64,000 nt of DNA from Polyangiales bacterium (GTDB lineage Bacteria > Myxococcota_A > Polyangia > Polyangiales > Ga0077539), in the NCBI GenBank assembly GCA_044229975.1, contig JBGARZ010000023.1, positions 32,001 to 96,000 of the forward strand, in the 5' to 3' direction. A program made the position numbers and the translations under genes. The notes beneath the pieces are model-generated. The model saw only the letters and a list, made by a program, of their open reading frames with translations, was not told the origin of the DNA and made no database searches. Below, one piece after another: positions 27,998 to 36,410 of the stretch (positions are counted from its first letter, which is position 1; each line of letters opens with the position of its first letter).

Positions 27998-29311
27998 TCA
28001 CTCCCCCTCTTCCTCGCCCTCGCCGAGGTTGGCGCGGTCGAGCTCAGCCTTGAGCGTCACGCTCCCCTCGGTCGCCACCTCGTCGCCCTCGCGGAGCCCC
28101 CGGCGGACCTCGACCCGGTCGCCCGACCGTTCGCCGAGCTCGACCCGGCGCGCGGCGAAGCGCCGCGGCGCGACCTGGACGAAGACCACGTCGTCGTCGC
28201 CCACCTGATGGACGGCCGAGACGGGCACCACGAGCGCCTCGCGCGCTTCACTCGCCTCCTCACGTCCCCCCGGGCCCGCGTCCTGCCTTTCCTCCTCCCC
28301 CTCCCGCTCCGGCGCGGCGGCAGCGCGCCCCGCGTCCGCCGAGGGGGTGGGCGCGTCGGTCATCGCGAGCTCGGCCCGGACGAACATGCCGGGCCGGAGG
28401 GCGCCGTCGGGGTTCGGGACCTCGACCCGCACCGGTACGGTGCGCGTGCGTTCGTCGAGCGTGGCCCCCACGTACGTCGCGCGTCCGGGGAAGGTCCGAT
28501 CCCGGAAGGCCGTCGTCGTCAGGGTGACGGGGGCGCCGACGGCGATCCGCCCGAGGTCGCGCTCGTAGGCGCGCAGGAGGACCCAGACCTCGGTCGGGTC
28601 CGCGACCGTGAAGAGCGTCGCCGTCGCCTCGACCGGCTGCCCGACGATGGCGTCACGCGCGACCACGACCCCCGCGATGGGGCTCCGCAGCACGACCGTC
28701 GCGCCGGACGCGCCCGCCCCGAGCCGGAGGGCCGCGAGCGCCCCCTCGGCCGCCGCGAGCTCGGCCTCCGCCGCCCGCAGGCTCGCCCGGGCCTCATCGA
28801 CCTCGCGCATCGCGTTGATCCCCTCGGCGCGCAGCCGCTCCTGGCGGGTGAGGATGACCTGGGCGGCATCCCGACGCGCCCGGGCCACCGTGTTGGCGCC
28901 GCGGGCGGCGGCGGACGCGGTGCTGTCGAGAGTCGCGAGGATCTGCCCGCGGGCGACGCGGTCGCCGACCCCGACGTGGAGGCGCACGACGCGCGCGGCG
29001 ACCTGGGGTCCGACCGCGGCGACGCGGTCCGGGTGGAAGACGACCTCCCCCGTGAACGAGAGAGCCCGCACGAGGGGCTCGCGCCGGGCCCGCGCCGTCT
29101 CGATCCGCGCGTTGCGGAAGCCCTCCTCCGAGAGCGTGACCTCGCGGCGGCCCTCGCCCTCTTCGCCGTGCTCGTCCGCCTCCGCTACGCCCTCGCGCGG
29201 GGCGTGCGTCGGGGAGGGCGACGCGTGGTGCCGGACCCACTCCTCGACCCCGAGGGCGACCCCCGCGACGAGGACGACGGAGACGAGCAGCCAGCCTCTC
29301 CGCGGGGTCAT
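27998..29311 (-). CDS. czcB: CzcB-type membrane fusion protein
   Basis: N-terminal anchor, SPIAGVV, LRPGMF, GLREGDEV; lies between the OMF and RND genes. Confidence 0.9.
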   Translation of the reverse strand: MTPRRGWLLVSVVLVAGVALGVEEWVRHHASPSPTHAPREGVAEADEHGEEGEGRREVTLSEEGFRNARIETARARREPLVRALSFTGEVVFHPDRVAAVGPQVAARVVRLHVGVGDRVARGQILATLDSTASAAARGANTVARARRDAAQVILTRQERLRAEGINAMREVDEARASLRAAEAELAAAEGALAALRLGAGASGATVVLRSPIAGVVVARDAIVGQPVEATATLFTVADPTEVWVLLRAYERDLGRIAVGAPVTLTTTAFRDRTFPGRATYVGATLDERTRTVPVRVEVPNPDGALRPGMFVRAELAMTDAPTPSADAGRAAAAPEREGEEERQDAGPGGREEASEAREALVVPVSAVHQVGDDDVVFVQVAPRRFAARRVELGERSGDRVEVRRGLREGDEVATEGSVTLKAELDRANLGEGEEEGE

Positions 29312-30552
29312 CGGAACACCCCCCGGGCGGCGTCGAGCGCGGTCCCCGCGAGCGCGACCTCGAGGAGTGCGTCGAGGTGCTCCCGGCGCGTCTCCGCGGC
29401 CTGCTGGCGGACGACCAGCACGCGCGTGAGGTCGGCCTGCCCGAGCTCGTAGGCGCGCTGCACGAGCCGCACGGTCTCCCCAAGGTTCGGCAGCGCGTCG
29501 GCTTCGAGGAGGCGCAGGCCCTCGTGGGCGGCGTCGAGCCGGGCGCGCGCCGCGGCGACCTCGGTGGCGGCGCGCTGCCGCAGGAAGTGCTGCTCGGCCC
29601 CGAGGAGGCCCAGGCGGGCGCGCGCCTCGGCGACCGGACCCTGGTTGCGCTGAAAGAACGGCAGGGGCAGCGCGAGCCCCGCGAGGTAGACGTCGGCTCC
29701 CTCCTCGCGCTGGTAGCTGAGCTGGAGCGTCGGGACGGGCAGCCGTCGGCGCTCCTCGAGCGCGACCTCCGCCTGGGTGACCGCGAGGGAGAGCTCGGCG
29801 GCGTGCAGGTCGGGGCGCACCCCGGCGGCCGCGGGGACGTCCGCCGCGGCGTAGCGCGAGCGCACCTCGTCGAGCGCACCGGCGAGGGAGAGCGCCTGGC
29901 CCGCGTCGAGCCCGAGGGCGAACCGGAGCGCCGCGTCCGCCGCGGCCACGCCCACGTCCGCCGCGGCAACCGCCCGCCCGGCGCGCGCTTGCTCGACCCG
30001 CGCCGCGAGCAGGTCCAGATCCCCGGCCTCGCCCGCGCTCCGGCGGGCCTCGGCGACGCGCACGATGTCCGCGGCGAGCGTGCGCTGTGCCTCGGCGGCG
30101 TCGCGCAGCGCGGCCGCGTGGAGCGCCCGGTGGTAGGCGTCGAGGGCGACCACGGCGGCGCGCCGGGCTGCGTCGTCGCGGAGCGCCTGGTCGCGCGCGA
30201 CCGCCCCCTCGGCTGCGCCGAGCCGCAGGCCGCGCACGCCGTAGACCTCGAGCGGGACGCCGAGCGTGACGTACACGTCGGTGACCCGGTCGGTCGTGCG
30301 GAAGCGCGGCCCGGCGACGAAGCCCACGGAGGGGTTCTCCTGGAACCACGGGCGCGCCGCCGCGACCCCACTTCGCGTCACCTCGATGCGCCGCTCGGCG
30401 GCGACTGCCTCGGGGCTCCGGCTGCGTGCGAGCGAAAGCACCTCCGCGTACCCGACGCGCAGGGCGACCCCCTGGGCCGCGACGGCTGGCGTCGCGACCG
30501 CGATCACGGCAGCCAGCAGCGCGGGCACCGCGTGACGAACGAATCTCTTCAC
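29308..30552 (-). CDS. czcC: CzcC/TolC-type outer-membrane factor
   Basis: GAGGAGG RBS before GTG; signal peptide; PLPFFQRNQG, RAYELGQ. Confidence 0.9.
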   Translation of the reverse strand: MKRFVRHAVPALLAAVIAVATPAVAAQGVALRVGYAEVLSLARSRSPEAVAAERRIEVTRSGVAAARPWFQENPSVGFVAGPRFRTTDRVTDVYVTLGVPLEVYGVRGLRLGAAEGAVARDQALRDDAARRAAVVALDAYHRALHAAALRDAAEAQRTLAADIVRVAEARRSAGEAGDLDLLAARVEQARAGRAVAAADVGVAAADAALRFALGLDAGQALSLAGALDEVRSRYAAADVPAAAGVRPDLHAAELSLAVTQAEVALEERRRLPVPTLQLSYQREEGADVYLAGLALPLPFFQRNQGPVAEARARLGLLGAEQHFLRQRAATEVAAARARLDAAHEGLRLLEADALPNLGETVRLVQRAYELGQADLTRVLVVRQQAAETRREHLDALLEVALAGTALDAARGVFR

Positions 30553-30648
30553 GGTCTCCTCCTCCTCGAGCGTCACGCGCCGGGCGAAAGGCGCAGGACG
30601 ACGTGCTTGCCGCGGGGTCGCGGCGACGTGCCGGAACGAGCGAGGCGC

Positions 30649-30990
30649 TCAGGCGCGCGGGGGGTGGAACACGTCGCCGGGATGCCAGCGAGAGAGGAGC
30701 CTGGGGGGTGGGGACGGCACGGGAAGGAGCGCCGGGGCGGGCACGACGAGCGGCGGGATGACGGCATCCGGCAGCGGCGCCAGATGAATCTTGGCGCAGT
30801 CCCCGTGCGTGCAGTTCGGCGGGCAGTGGCCCGCGTCGTCCGACGACGGGCAGTCCATGTCGCAGGCCGGCTCCTCGAACCCGAGCACGGGCGCGGCGAG
30901 CGCGGGTACGCCGGAGAGGAAGGTCGCGAGGAGGAGCGCGAGCACCAGCCGCACGACGAAGGCAAGCGTTCGCGGCCGACGGAGCCTCAC
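30649..30990 (-). CDS. CzcI/DUF2946-like leader protein
   Basis: Signal/TM segment, CDMDC..HCPPNCTHGDC cluster, Pro-rich spacer, C-terminal FHPPRA; GTGA overlap with the arsR-family stop. Confidence 0.7.
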   Translation of the reverse strand: MRLRRPRTLAFVVRLVLALLLATFLSGVPALAAPVLGFEEPACDMDCPSSDDAGHCPPNCTHGDCAKIHLAPLPDAVIPPLVVPAPALLPVPSPPPRLLSRWHPGDVFHPPRA

Positions 30991-31418
30991 GACGCTGGAC
31001 CGCCTTCGACGCGTCGGCGAGCGTCGGCGAGGAGCGCGCGCACCCAGCCGCTGGTGAGGGTGTAGTAAGCGAGCTTGCCCTCCATCCGGTAAGCCACGAG
31101 GCCCATCCGGCGGAGCGTCTGGAGCTGGTGGGAGGTCGCCCCCATCGACCGCCCGAGGACGCGCGCGATGTCGCATACGCAGAGCTCGGTGTCGGCCAGG
31201 GCGTAGAGGAGGCGCAGGCGCGTGGGGTCGGCGAGGGCGCCGAAGTCGTCCGCGGCGCGCGCGATTACCTCCGGCGCTGGCAGGGACGCCTCGGCGGCCG
31301 CGACTCGGGCCTCATCGACGTAGCGCGTCTGGCACACGCCCTCGGCAGGCGCCCCGGCGCAGCCGTCCGAGACGACGGGCGGCCGGATGCGAGCTGGGCG
31401 GCGCGCAGTCGATTGCAT
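30987..31418 (-). CDS. ArsR/SmtB (CadC-like) metal-sensing repressor
   Basis: ALADPTRLRLL, ELCVCDIA, SHQLQTLR; N-terminal Cys residues. Confidence 0.9.
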   Translation of the reverse strand: MQSTARRPARIRPPVVSDGCAGAPAEGVCQTRYVDEARVAAAEASLPAPEVIARAADDFGALADPTRLRLLYALADTELCVCDIARVLGRSMGATSHQLQTLRRMGLVAYRMEGKLAYYTLTSGWVRALLADARRRVEGGPAS

Positions 31419-31449
31419 GGTTGCGCAAGCGTCGCTAGATGGAGGCGTG

Positions 31450-32640
31450 ATGTCAAGGGTCACTGTCCGCCGTTTCGAGAGGCGGCGGGAGCGAGCTCCC
31501 CGCTGGACGGGGTGTGCGTTGCTCGCGGGGATGCTCTGCGCCTGCGAGGGGACTCCGCCCGTCCACGATGACCCCCGCGTGTCGTTCCGCGCGGCGATCA
31601 TGGGCGCGCCCGGTGGTTCGTTCCTCAGCGTCTGGGGGGACGCACGCACGCGGCGCGCGTACCTGACGGGCGGCTTCGTCGGGGTCGATCCCGCGGTTGT
31701 GCCGCGCGGCGCTGCGGGGCGTCTCGTCGAGTACCGCTGGCCCGGGCGGTTCATCACGCGCTGCACCACGGACCGCGCGCTCTGGTGGGTGTCTGGCGTC
31801 GAGGGCGCGACGGGCGCGATCGAGCTCTGGGCGGTGGGCGACGGCGGGCGCGTGGTGCGGGTGCGCGACGACCGGTGCGAGCCCGTGGCGACGGGGCTCC
31901 CCACGCCCGACGGGGAGCCGACGTACTGGGGCGTCCTCGCGCGGGCGCCGGACGACGTGTGGATCGTGGGGGGCTCCGCCCGACCGGACGGCCCGCGCGG
32001 CGTCCTGCTGCACGGCGACGGGACCTCCTGGCGGCAGGAGCGCCTCCCCGAGGCGGCCCGCGCGGAGAACCTCTACAAGATCGCGGCCGACGGGGACACG
32101 CTCTACGTCGTGGGTTCCGGCGGGCTGGTGCTCCGACGCGACGTGCGCAGCGGCGAGTGGGAGCGGCTCGACGTCGCGCTGGCCACCAGCGACGACCGCC
32201 TCTTCACCGTCTCGTGCGCGGGTGGGGCGTGCTTCGCGGTCGGCGGGAGCGGCGCAGGCCTCGTGCTCACCGGCGGCGTTGGAGGCTGGAACGCCCTCGC
32301 GTCGGTGGGCGACGCCTCCCTCGACGCCCTGCCCGGCCTGAGCGGCGTGTGGGCGCGTGGGGCGGACGACGTCCTCCTGGTGGGCGCCAACGGCGCCACG
32401 CTGCACCTCGGCGGCGGGGGCCTCCGCGGGCCCGGTCGGCCGCTCACCGCGGCGACCCTCCACGGCGTGGGCGGCTTCGACGACGTGGCGCTCGCCGTCG
32501 GCGGAGAACTCTCCAACGCGACCGCCTCGCAGCGGGGGGTGATCCTCGTGCTGGGCGACCCCGAGCCTGACATCACCCTCGACGGCAGGCTCTACACGGC
32601 GGGCGCGGTGCAGGGATCGCGACCAGGCGGCGGGCAGTAG
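31450..32640 (+). CDS. Beta-propeller repeat lipoprotein
   Basis: GGAGG RBS; lipobox-like LCAC; repeated (L/W)xGVW..DDVWxVG..G..LH units. Confidence 0.8.
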   Translation: MSRVTVRRFERRRERAPRWTGCALLAGMLCACEGTPPVHDDPRVSFRAAIMGAPGGSFLSVWGDARTRRAYLTGGFVGVDPAVVPRGAAGRLVEYRWPGRFITRCTTDRALWWVSGVEGATGAIELWAVGDGGRVVRVRDDRCEPVATGLPTPDGEPTYWGVLARAPDDVWIVGGSARPDGPRGVLLHGDGTSWRQERLPEAARAENLYKIAADGDTLYVVGSGGLVLRRDVRSGEWERLDVALATSDDRLFTVSCAGGACFAVGGSGAGLVLTGGVGGWNALASVGDASLDALPGLSGVWARGADDVLLVGANGATLHLGGGGLRGPGRPLTAATLHGVGGFDDVALAVGGELSNATASQRGVILVLGDPEPDITLDGRLYTAGAVQGSRPGGGQ

Positions 32641-32764
32641 TCGCCCGCGTGCTCGCTCCCTCGGGGCTCGTCGTACGACGTGGACGGTTCACCCACCTCA
32701 GGTCGAGCGACAACGAACGGCGGGCGGACTAGTCCGCCGACTGAGCGGGCTCCGCGGCCGCCGT

Positions 32765-33412
32765 CTACGAGGTCGCGACGTGGGCGGACGGCACCCCATC
32801 GACCCGGCGGAAGGAGCAGAACAGGAAGTCCTGCTGCGTCTGGAAGGGGGTGGCGTGCGTCTCCGAGACGCAACGCACTCGCGAGAACCCGCGACGCAGC
32901 TCCGAGTCCAGGCTGTCCTCGCTGTATCGCCGGACCGGCAGGCCGCTGCACGTCGTCGGCCCCTCGATCGCGAAGGTGCCGATCACGGCGTGGCCACCGG
33001 GTCGCACCGCGGCCGTCGCGACGGAGAGATAGCGGACGATCTGTTCGGTCGTGGTGAGGAAGTGAAACGCAGCCCGGTCGTGCCAGAGGTCGTAGCTGCG
33101 GTCGGGCTCGTACTCGGTCACGTCTCCGACGACCCAGCGGACGCGGTCGGCCTGGGCGCCGAGGCGACGGCGCGCCCGCTCCAGCGAACGCTCGCTGATG
33201 TCCAGGACCGTCACGTCCGCGAACCCGGCCTCCAGGAGGAAGTCCACGAGCCGCCCGTCCCCGCCGCCGATGTCGATGACGCTCGCGCCCGTTGAAAGGA
33301 CCGCCTCCCGCATGAGGGCGAGGGAGGTCGCCGGCACGGCCTGCGTCCAGCTCATGGCCTCGGGCGGTCGCGTTTCGTAGATGCGGTCCCAATAATCTTT
33401 CGAGGTGCCCAT
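32765..33412 (-). CDS. Class I SAM-dependent methyltransferase
   Basis: YWDRIY, VIDIGGG, LDIS, WHDRAAFHFL, CSGLPV. Confidence 0.9.
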   Translation of the reverse strand: MGTSKDYWDRIYETRPPEAMSWTQAVPATSLALMREAVLSTGASVIDIGGGDGRLVDFLLEAGFADVTVLDISERSLERARRRLGAQADRVRWVVGDVTEYEPDRSYDLWHDRAAFHFLTTTEQIVRYLSVATAAVRPGGHAVIGTFAIEGPTTCSGLPVRRYSEDSLDSELRRGFSRVRCVSETHATPFQTQQDFLFCSFRRVDGVPSAHVATS

Positions 33413-33573
33413 CGCGGTAGCCGTCCCTGAACGGTCGTCGCATGGCCTTGGGGAGGCGTCCACCCGTGTGAGGGGCCGAGGACCCTGCACCGTCAACGCG
33501 CCCCGCTCCGGCGCTCGATGCGAGCTCGGTCGGCCGGTTGTTGACCGGCACCTTTGGTTAGTGTGAGCTTACG

Positions 33574-33589
33574 GTTAGTCATGGCTAAC
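33574..33589. promoter_or_regulatory. Palindrome overlapping the start of the ArsR gene (probable autorepression operator)
   Basis: GTTAGTCATGGCTAAC, near-perfect inverted repeat spanning ATG 33581. Confidence 0.55.
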
Positions 33590-33907
33590 GCAGAGCACAT
33601 CCTCGACGCGCTGGGCAACGGGACCCGGCGCGCGGTGCTCCGGCGTTTGCAGCACGGGGCCCGCTCGGTGAGGGAGATCGCCGAGGGCCTGAACGTGACG
33701 CGCCCCGCGGTCTCGCAGCACCTCCGCGTGCTCAAGGCGGCGGGCCTGGTGAAGGATCGGGCTGAGGGGACGCGGCGCCTCTACTCGGTCGATCGGCAAG
33801 GGCTCGAAGCCGTGCGCCGATGGATCGACGGGGTGTGGGACGAGGCGCTGGCGGCGTTCGCGGAAGCCGCCGAGCAGGAAGCGGACAAGGAGATCCGAGG
33901 ACAATGA
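33581..33907 (+). CDS. ArsR-family transcriptional regulator (SRPBCC-associated)
   Basis: DALGNGTRRAVL..SVREIA..RPAVSQHLRVLKAAGLV. Confidence 0.9.
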   Translation: MANAEHILDALGNGTRRAVLRRLQHGARSVREIAEGLNVTRPAVSQHLRVLKAAGLVKDRAEGTRRLYSVDRQGLEAVRRWIDGVWDEALAAFAEAAEQEADKEIRGQ

Positions 33908-34407
33908 CCGAAGAAGCGAAGACGTTGGATGGGGACCCGACCTGCGTGCGGAAGGTGATCCAGGTGCGGGCGCCGCTCGCCGTCGCCTGGCGGGTCTTCA
34001 CCGACCGCCTCGGGACGTGGTGGCCCCTGGAGCACTACAAGATCGGCAAGACCCGGCCGATCGACGCCGTGCTCGAACCGCGCGTCGGGGGCCGCTGGTA
34101 CGAGCGCGGCGAGGACGGGAGCACCTGCGAGTGGGGCACGGTGCTCGCGTGGGAGCCGCCCGCGCGCCTCGTGCTCTCCTGGGACATCACCGCGGACTGG
34201 CAGTACGACCCCGAGCTCAAGACCGAGATCGAGGTGCGCTTCGTCGCCGAGGGCGACCGGAGCACCCGCGTCGAGTTGGAGCACCGACGCCTCGACCGCT
34301 ACGGCGCGCGCCGCGACGAGATGCGGCGGGTCTTCGACAAGGAAGGCGACTGGGGACGTCTCCTCGAACGCTTCGCGGGCGTCGCCGAGAACGGGGGCGG
34401 CGAATGA
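33904..34407 (+). CDS. SRPBCC/Aha1 domain protein
   Basis: AWRVFT..WWP, LEPRVGGRWYE, WEPPARLVLSW, TRVELEH. Confidence 0.9.
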   Translation: MTEEAKTLDGDPTCVRKVIQVRAPLAVAWRVFTDRLGTWWPLEHYKIGKTRPIDAVLEPRVGGRWYERGEDGSTCEWGTVLAWEPPARLVLSWDITADWQYDPELKTEIEVRFVAEGDRSTRVELEHRRLDRYGARRDEMRRVFDKEGDWGRLLERFAGVAENGGGE

Positions 34408-34709
34408 GCGACATCCGAGGCGCACGGAAGGCGTTGATCGCGCGCATCCTGGAGGGCGACGGTCGCGCCTCTCGGGAGCAGCGCAGGGGCGCGTTCGATC
34501 GCGCGCTCACTGACGGGCCGTTGCAGGCGCTCGTCGGCAAGGTCGCCGAGCACGCCCACCGGGTGACCGACGAGGACGTCGCGGCGGCGAAGGCGTCGGG
34601 CCTCACGGAGGACCAGATCTTCGAGCTCGTCGTGTGCGCGGCGATCGGTCAGGCGTCCCGTGAGCACGACGCGGCGCTCGCCGCGCTCAACGCCGCCGGG
34701 GGCGCGTGA
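34404..34709 (+). CDS. Small AhpD/CMD-like helical protein
   Basis: KVAEHAHRVTDEDV..SGLTEDQIFELVVCAA; translationally coupled to its neighbours. Confidence 0.75.
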   Translation: MSDIRGARKALIARILEGDGRASREQRRGAFDRALTDGPLQALVGKVAEHAHRVTDEDVAAAKASGLTEDQIFELVVCAAIGQASREHDAALAALNAAGGA

Positions 34710-34711
34710 GC

Positions 34712-35293
34712 ATGCGACTCTCGATCCTCGACACGGGCCACGGCCTCGGGACGAAGGCTCTCTTCGCGACGATCCGCACGTTCTCCCGCCAGCCCGTGCT
34801 CGACGTCATCAAGCTGGTGAAGTACCGGGCCGACTTCTACGGCGACCCCGCGAGCGCCGTGACCCACGAGGCGATGCGCGGGCCCTCCGCGTGGACGGTC
34901 GGCGACCGCGAGCTCATGGCGGCGGTGGTCGCCCAGGCGAACGAGTGCGAGTGGTGTACGAAGGCCCATTCCGCCGTTGCGGAGGGCGCCTATCGCGACC
35001 ATGCGAAGGTCACTGCGGTGCTCTCCGACCTCGACTCGGCACCCATCGAAGAGCCGCTCCGGGCCACGTTGCGCATGCTGCGCAAGCTGACGCAGGAGCA
35101 CTCCGTCGATGCGGGCGACATGAGCGCTCTCCTGGCCGCGGGGGTCACTCGCGAGCAGGTCGAGGACGCGCTCGCGGTCTCCTTCGCGTTCGGCACCACC
35201 ACCCGCCTGGCCAACGCTTTCGGGTTCACCGTGCCCGGTCCCGAAGCCTTCGCGGCGGGAGCGAAGTACCTGCTCGCTCGCGGCTATCGCTGA
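34712..35293 (+). CDS. Carboxymuconolactone decarboxylase/AhpD family protein
   Basis: RELMAAVVAQANECEWCTKAH (CxxC...H) motif. Confidence 0.88.
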   Translation: MRLSILDTGHGLGTKALFATIRTFSRQPVLDVIKLVKYRADFYGDPASAVTHEAMRGPSAWTVGDRELMAAVVAQANECEWCTKAHSAVAEGAYRDHAKVTAVLSDLDSAPIEEPLRATLRMLRKLTQEHSVDAGDMSALLAAGVTREQVEDALAVSFAFGTTTRLANAFGFTVPGPEAFAAGAKYLLARGYR

Positions 35294-35320
35294 GGCTCCT
35301 CCCGCATCGAAGAAGCACTG

Positions 35321-36364
35321 CTATGACCCATGCCGGTGCCGGTGATGGGTGTCCGGGAGGTGGGCGTGACGGTGCCGTAGCGGAGCGTGACGATGCGGAT
35401 GCGTGTGCCCGTCGCGCGCATCGACGCCATCGGGATGGACGTGCTGGTGGTGCGCGTCGTGGTCGTGTTCGTGGTCGTGCTCGACCGGTGCGTGGTCGTG
35501 CTCGTGTTCGTGACGCTCGGACAGGTGCAGCCACAGGCCCGCTGCCATCAGCGCCGCGGCGGGGTACGCGACGGCCGCAGGGCGCTCGCCCAGCAGCGGC
35601 ACCGAGAGCGCCGCCCCGACGAAGGGCGCGAGCGCGAACCACGCGCCGGTGCGAGCGGCCCCGAGGTGCCGTAGTGCGAGCACGAACAAGATCAGGCTCA
35701 GCCCGTTGCTGATGAAGCCCAGGAGCAGCGCGCCGCTGAGCGCTGGGAGCGGTGGCCAGCGCAGGCCGAGCGCGAGGGCGAGGAGCGCGTTGAAGGAGCC
35801 AGCGCAGAGGCCCTTGAACAGGACGATCCAGCGCGGGTCGAGGTCGGACAGATTGCGGGTGAGGTTGTTGTCGGCCGCCCAGCAGAGGCACGCCCCAGCG
35901 ATCGCGAGGGCGCCCCACGCCCCGCCGCGCGCGGGCACTCCCTGGAACGAGAGCAGCGCGCTGCCCGCGACGACGAGGGCGAAGCCGAGGACGAGACGGC
36001 GGTCGGAGGCTTCGCGGAAGGCAACCCAGGCGAGGAGCGCGGTGAAGACGCCCTCCAGGTTGAGCAGGAGGGCCGCGGTGGTCGCCGGGACGACGCGGAG
36101 CCCAAGCAGCAGGAGGAGCGGCCCAGCGACACCGCCCAGCGCGATCGGAGCGACCAGACGCCGACGCTCCGCGGGGGTCGGCGGTCGGCCCCAGGAGGCG
36201 CCTGGTGCGATCGCCCATAGGGCGAGGCCGAGGCCCGCGCCGAGGTAGAGAAGGGAGGCGATCGCGACCGGGTGCGCGTCCCGCAACAGCAACCGGGAGA
36301 GGGGCGTGCTGATGCCGAAGAGCACCGCGGCCACCACCGCATACGCGACTCCCCGAAGACTCAT
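35321..36364 (-). CDS. EamA/DMT transporter with His-rich C-terminal tail
   Basis: About ten TM segments, LLLNLEGVFTALLAW, DNNLTR; tail HEHEHDH...HHRHRH. Confidence 0.9.
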   Translation of the reverse strand: MSLRGVAYAVVAAVLFGISTPLSRLLLRDAHPVAIASLLYLGAGLGLALWAIAPGASWGRPPTPAERRRLVAPIALGGVAGPLLLLLGLRVVPATTAALLLNLEGVFTALLAWVAFREASDRRLVLGFALVVAGSALLSFQGVPARGGAWGALAIAGACLCWAADNNLTRNLSDLDPRWIVLFKGLCAGSFNALLALALGLRWPPLPALSGALLLGFISNGLSLILFVLALRHLGAARTGAWFALAPFVGAALSVPLLGERPAAVAYPAAALMAAGLWLHLSERHEHEHDHAPVEHDHEHDHDAHHQHVHPDGVDARDGHTHPHRHAPLRHRHAHLPDTHHRHRHGS

Positions 36365-36410
36365 CGCTGGGCGGCGTCCGAGCGACGCCCTTCCTGTGTG
36401 AGCTCGCGGT

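Noticed and set aside
24775..28053. Long antisense ORFs (also 2298-3611, 3797-6043, 20381-22840, 51972-54638, 60078-62972)
   Set aside because: Antisense shadows of well-supported genes with no recognisable motifs
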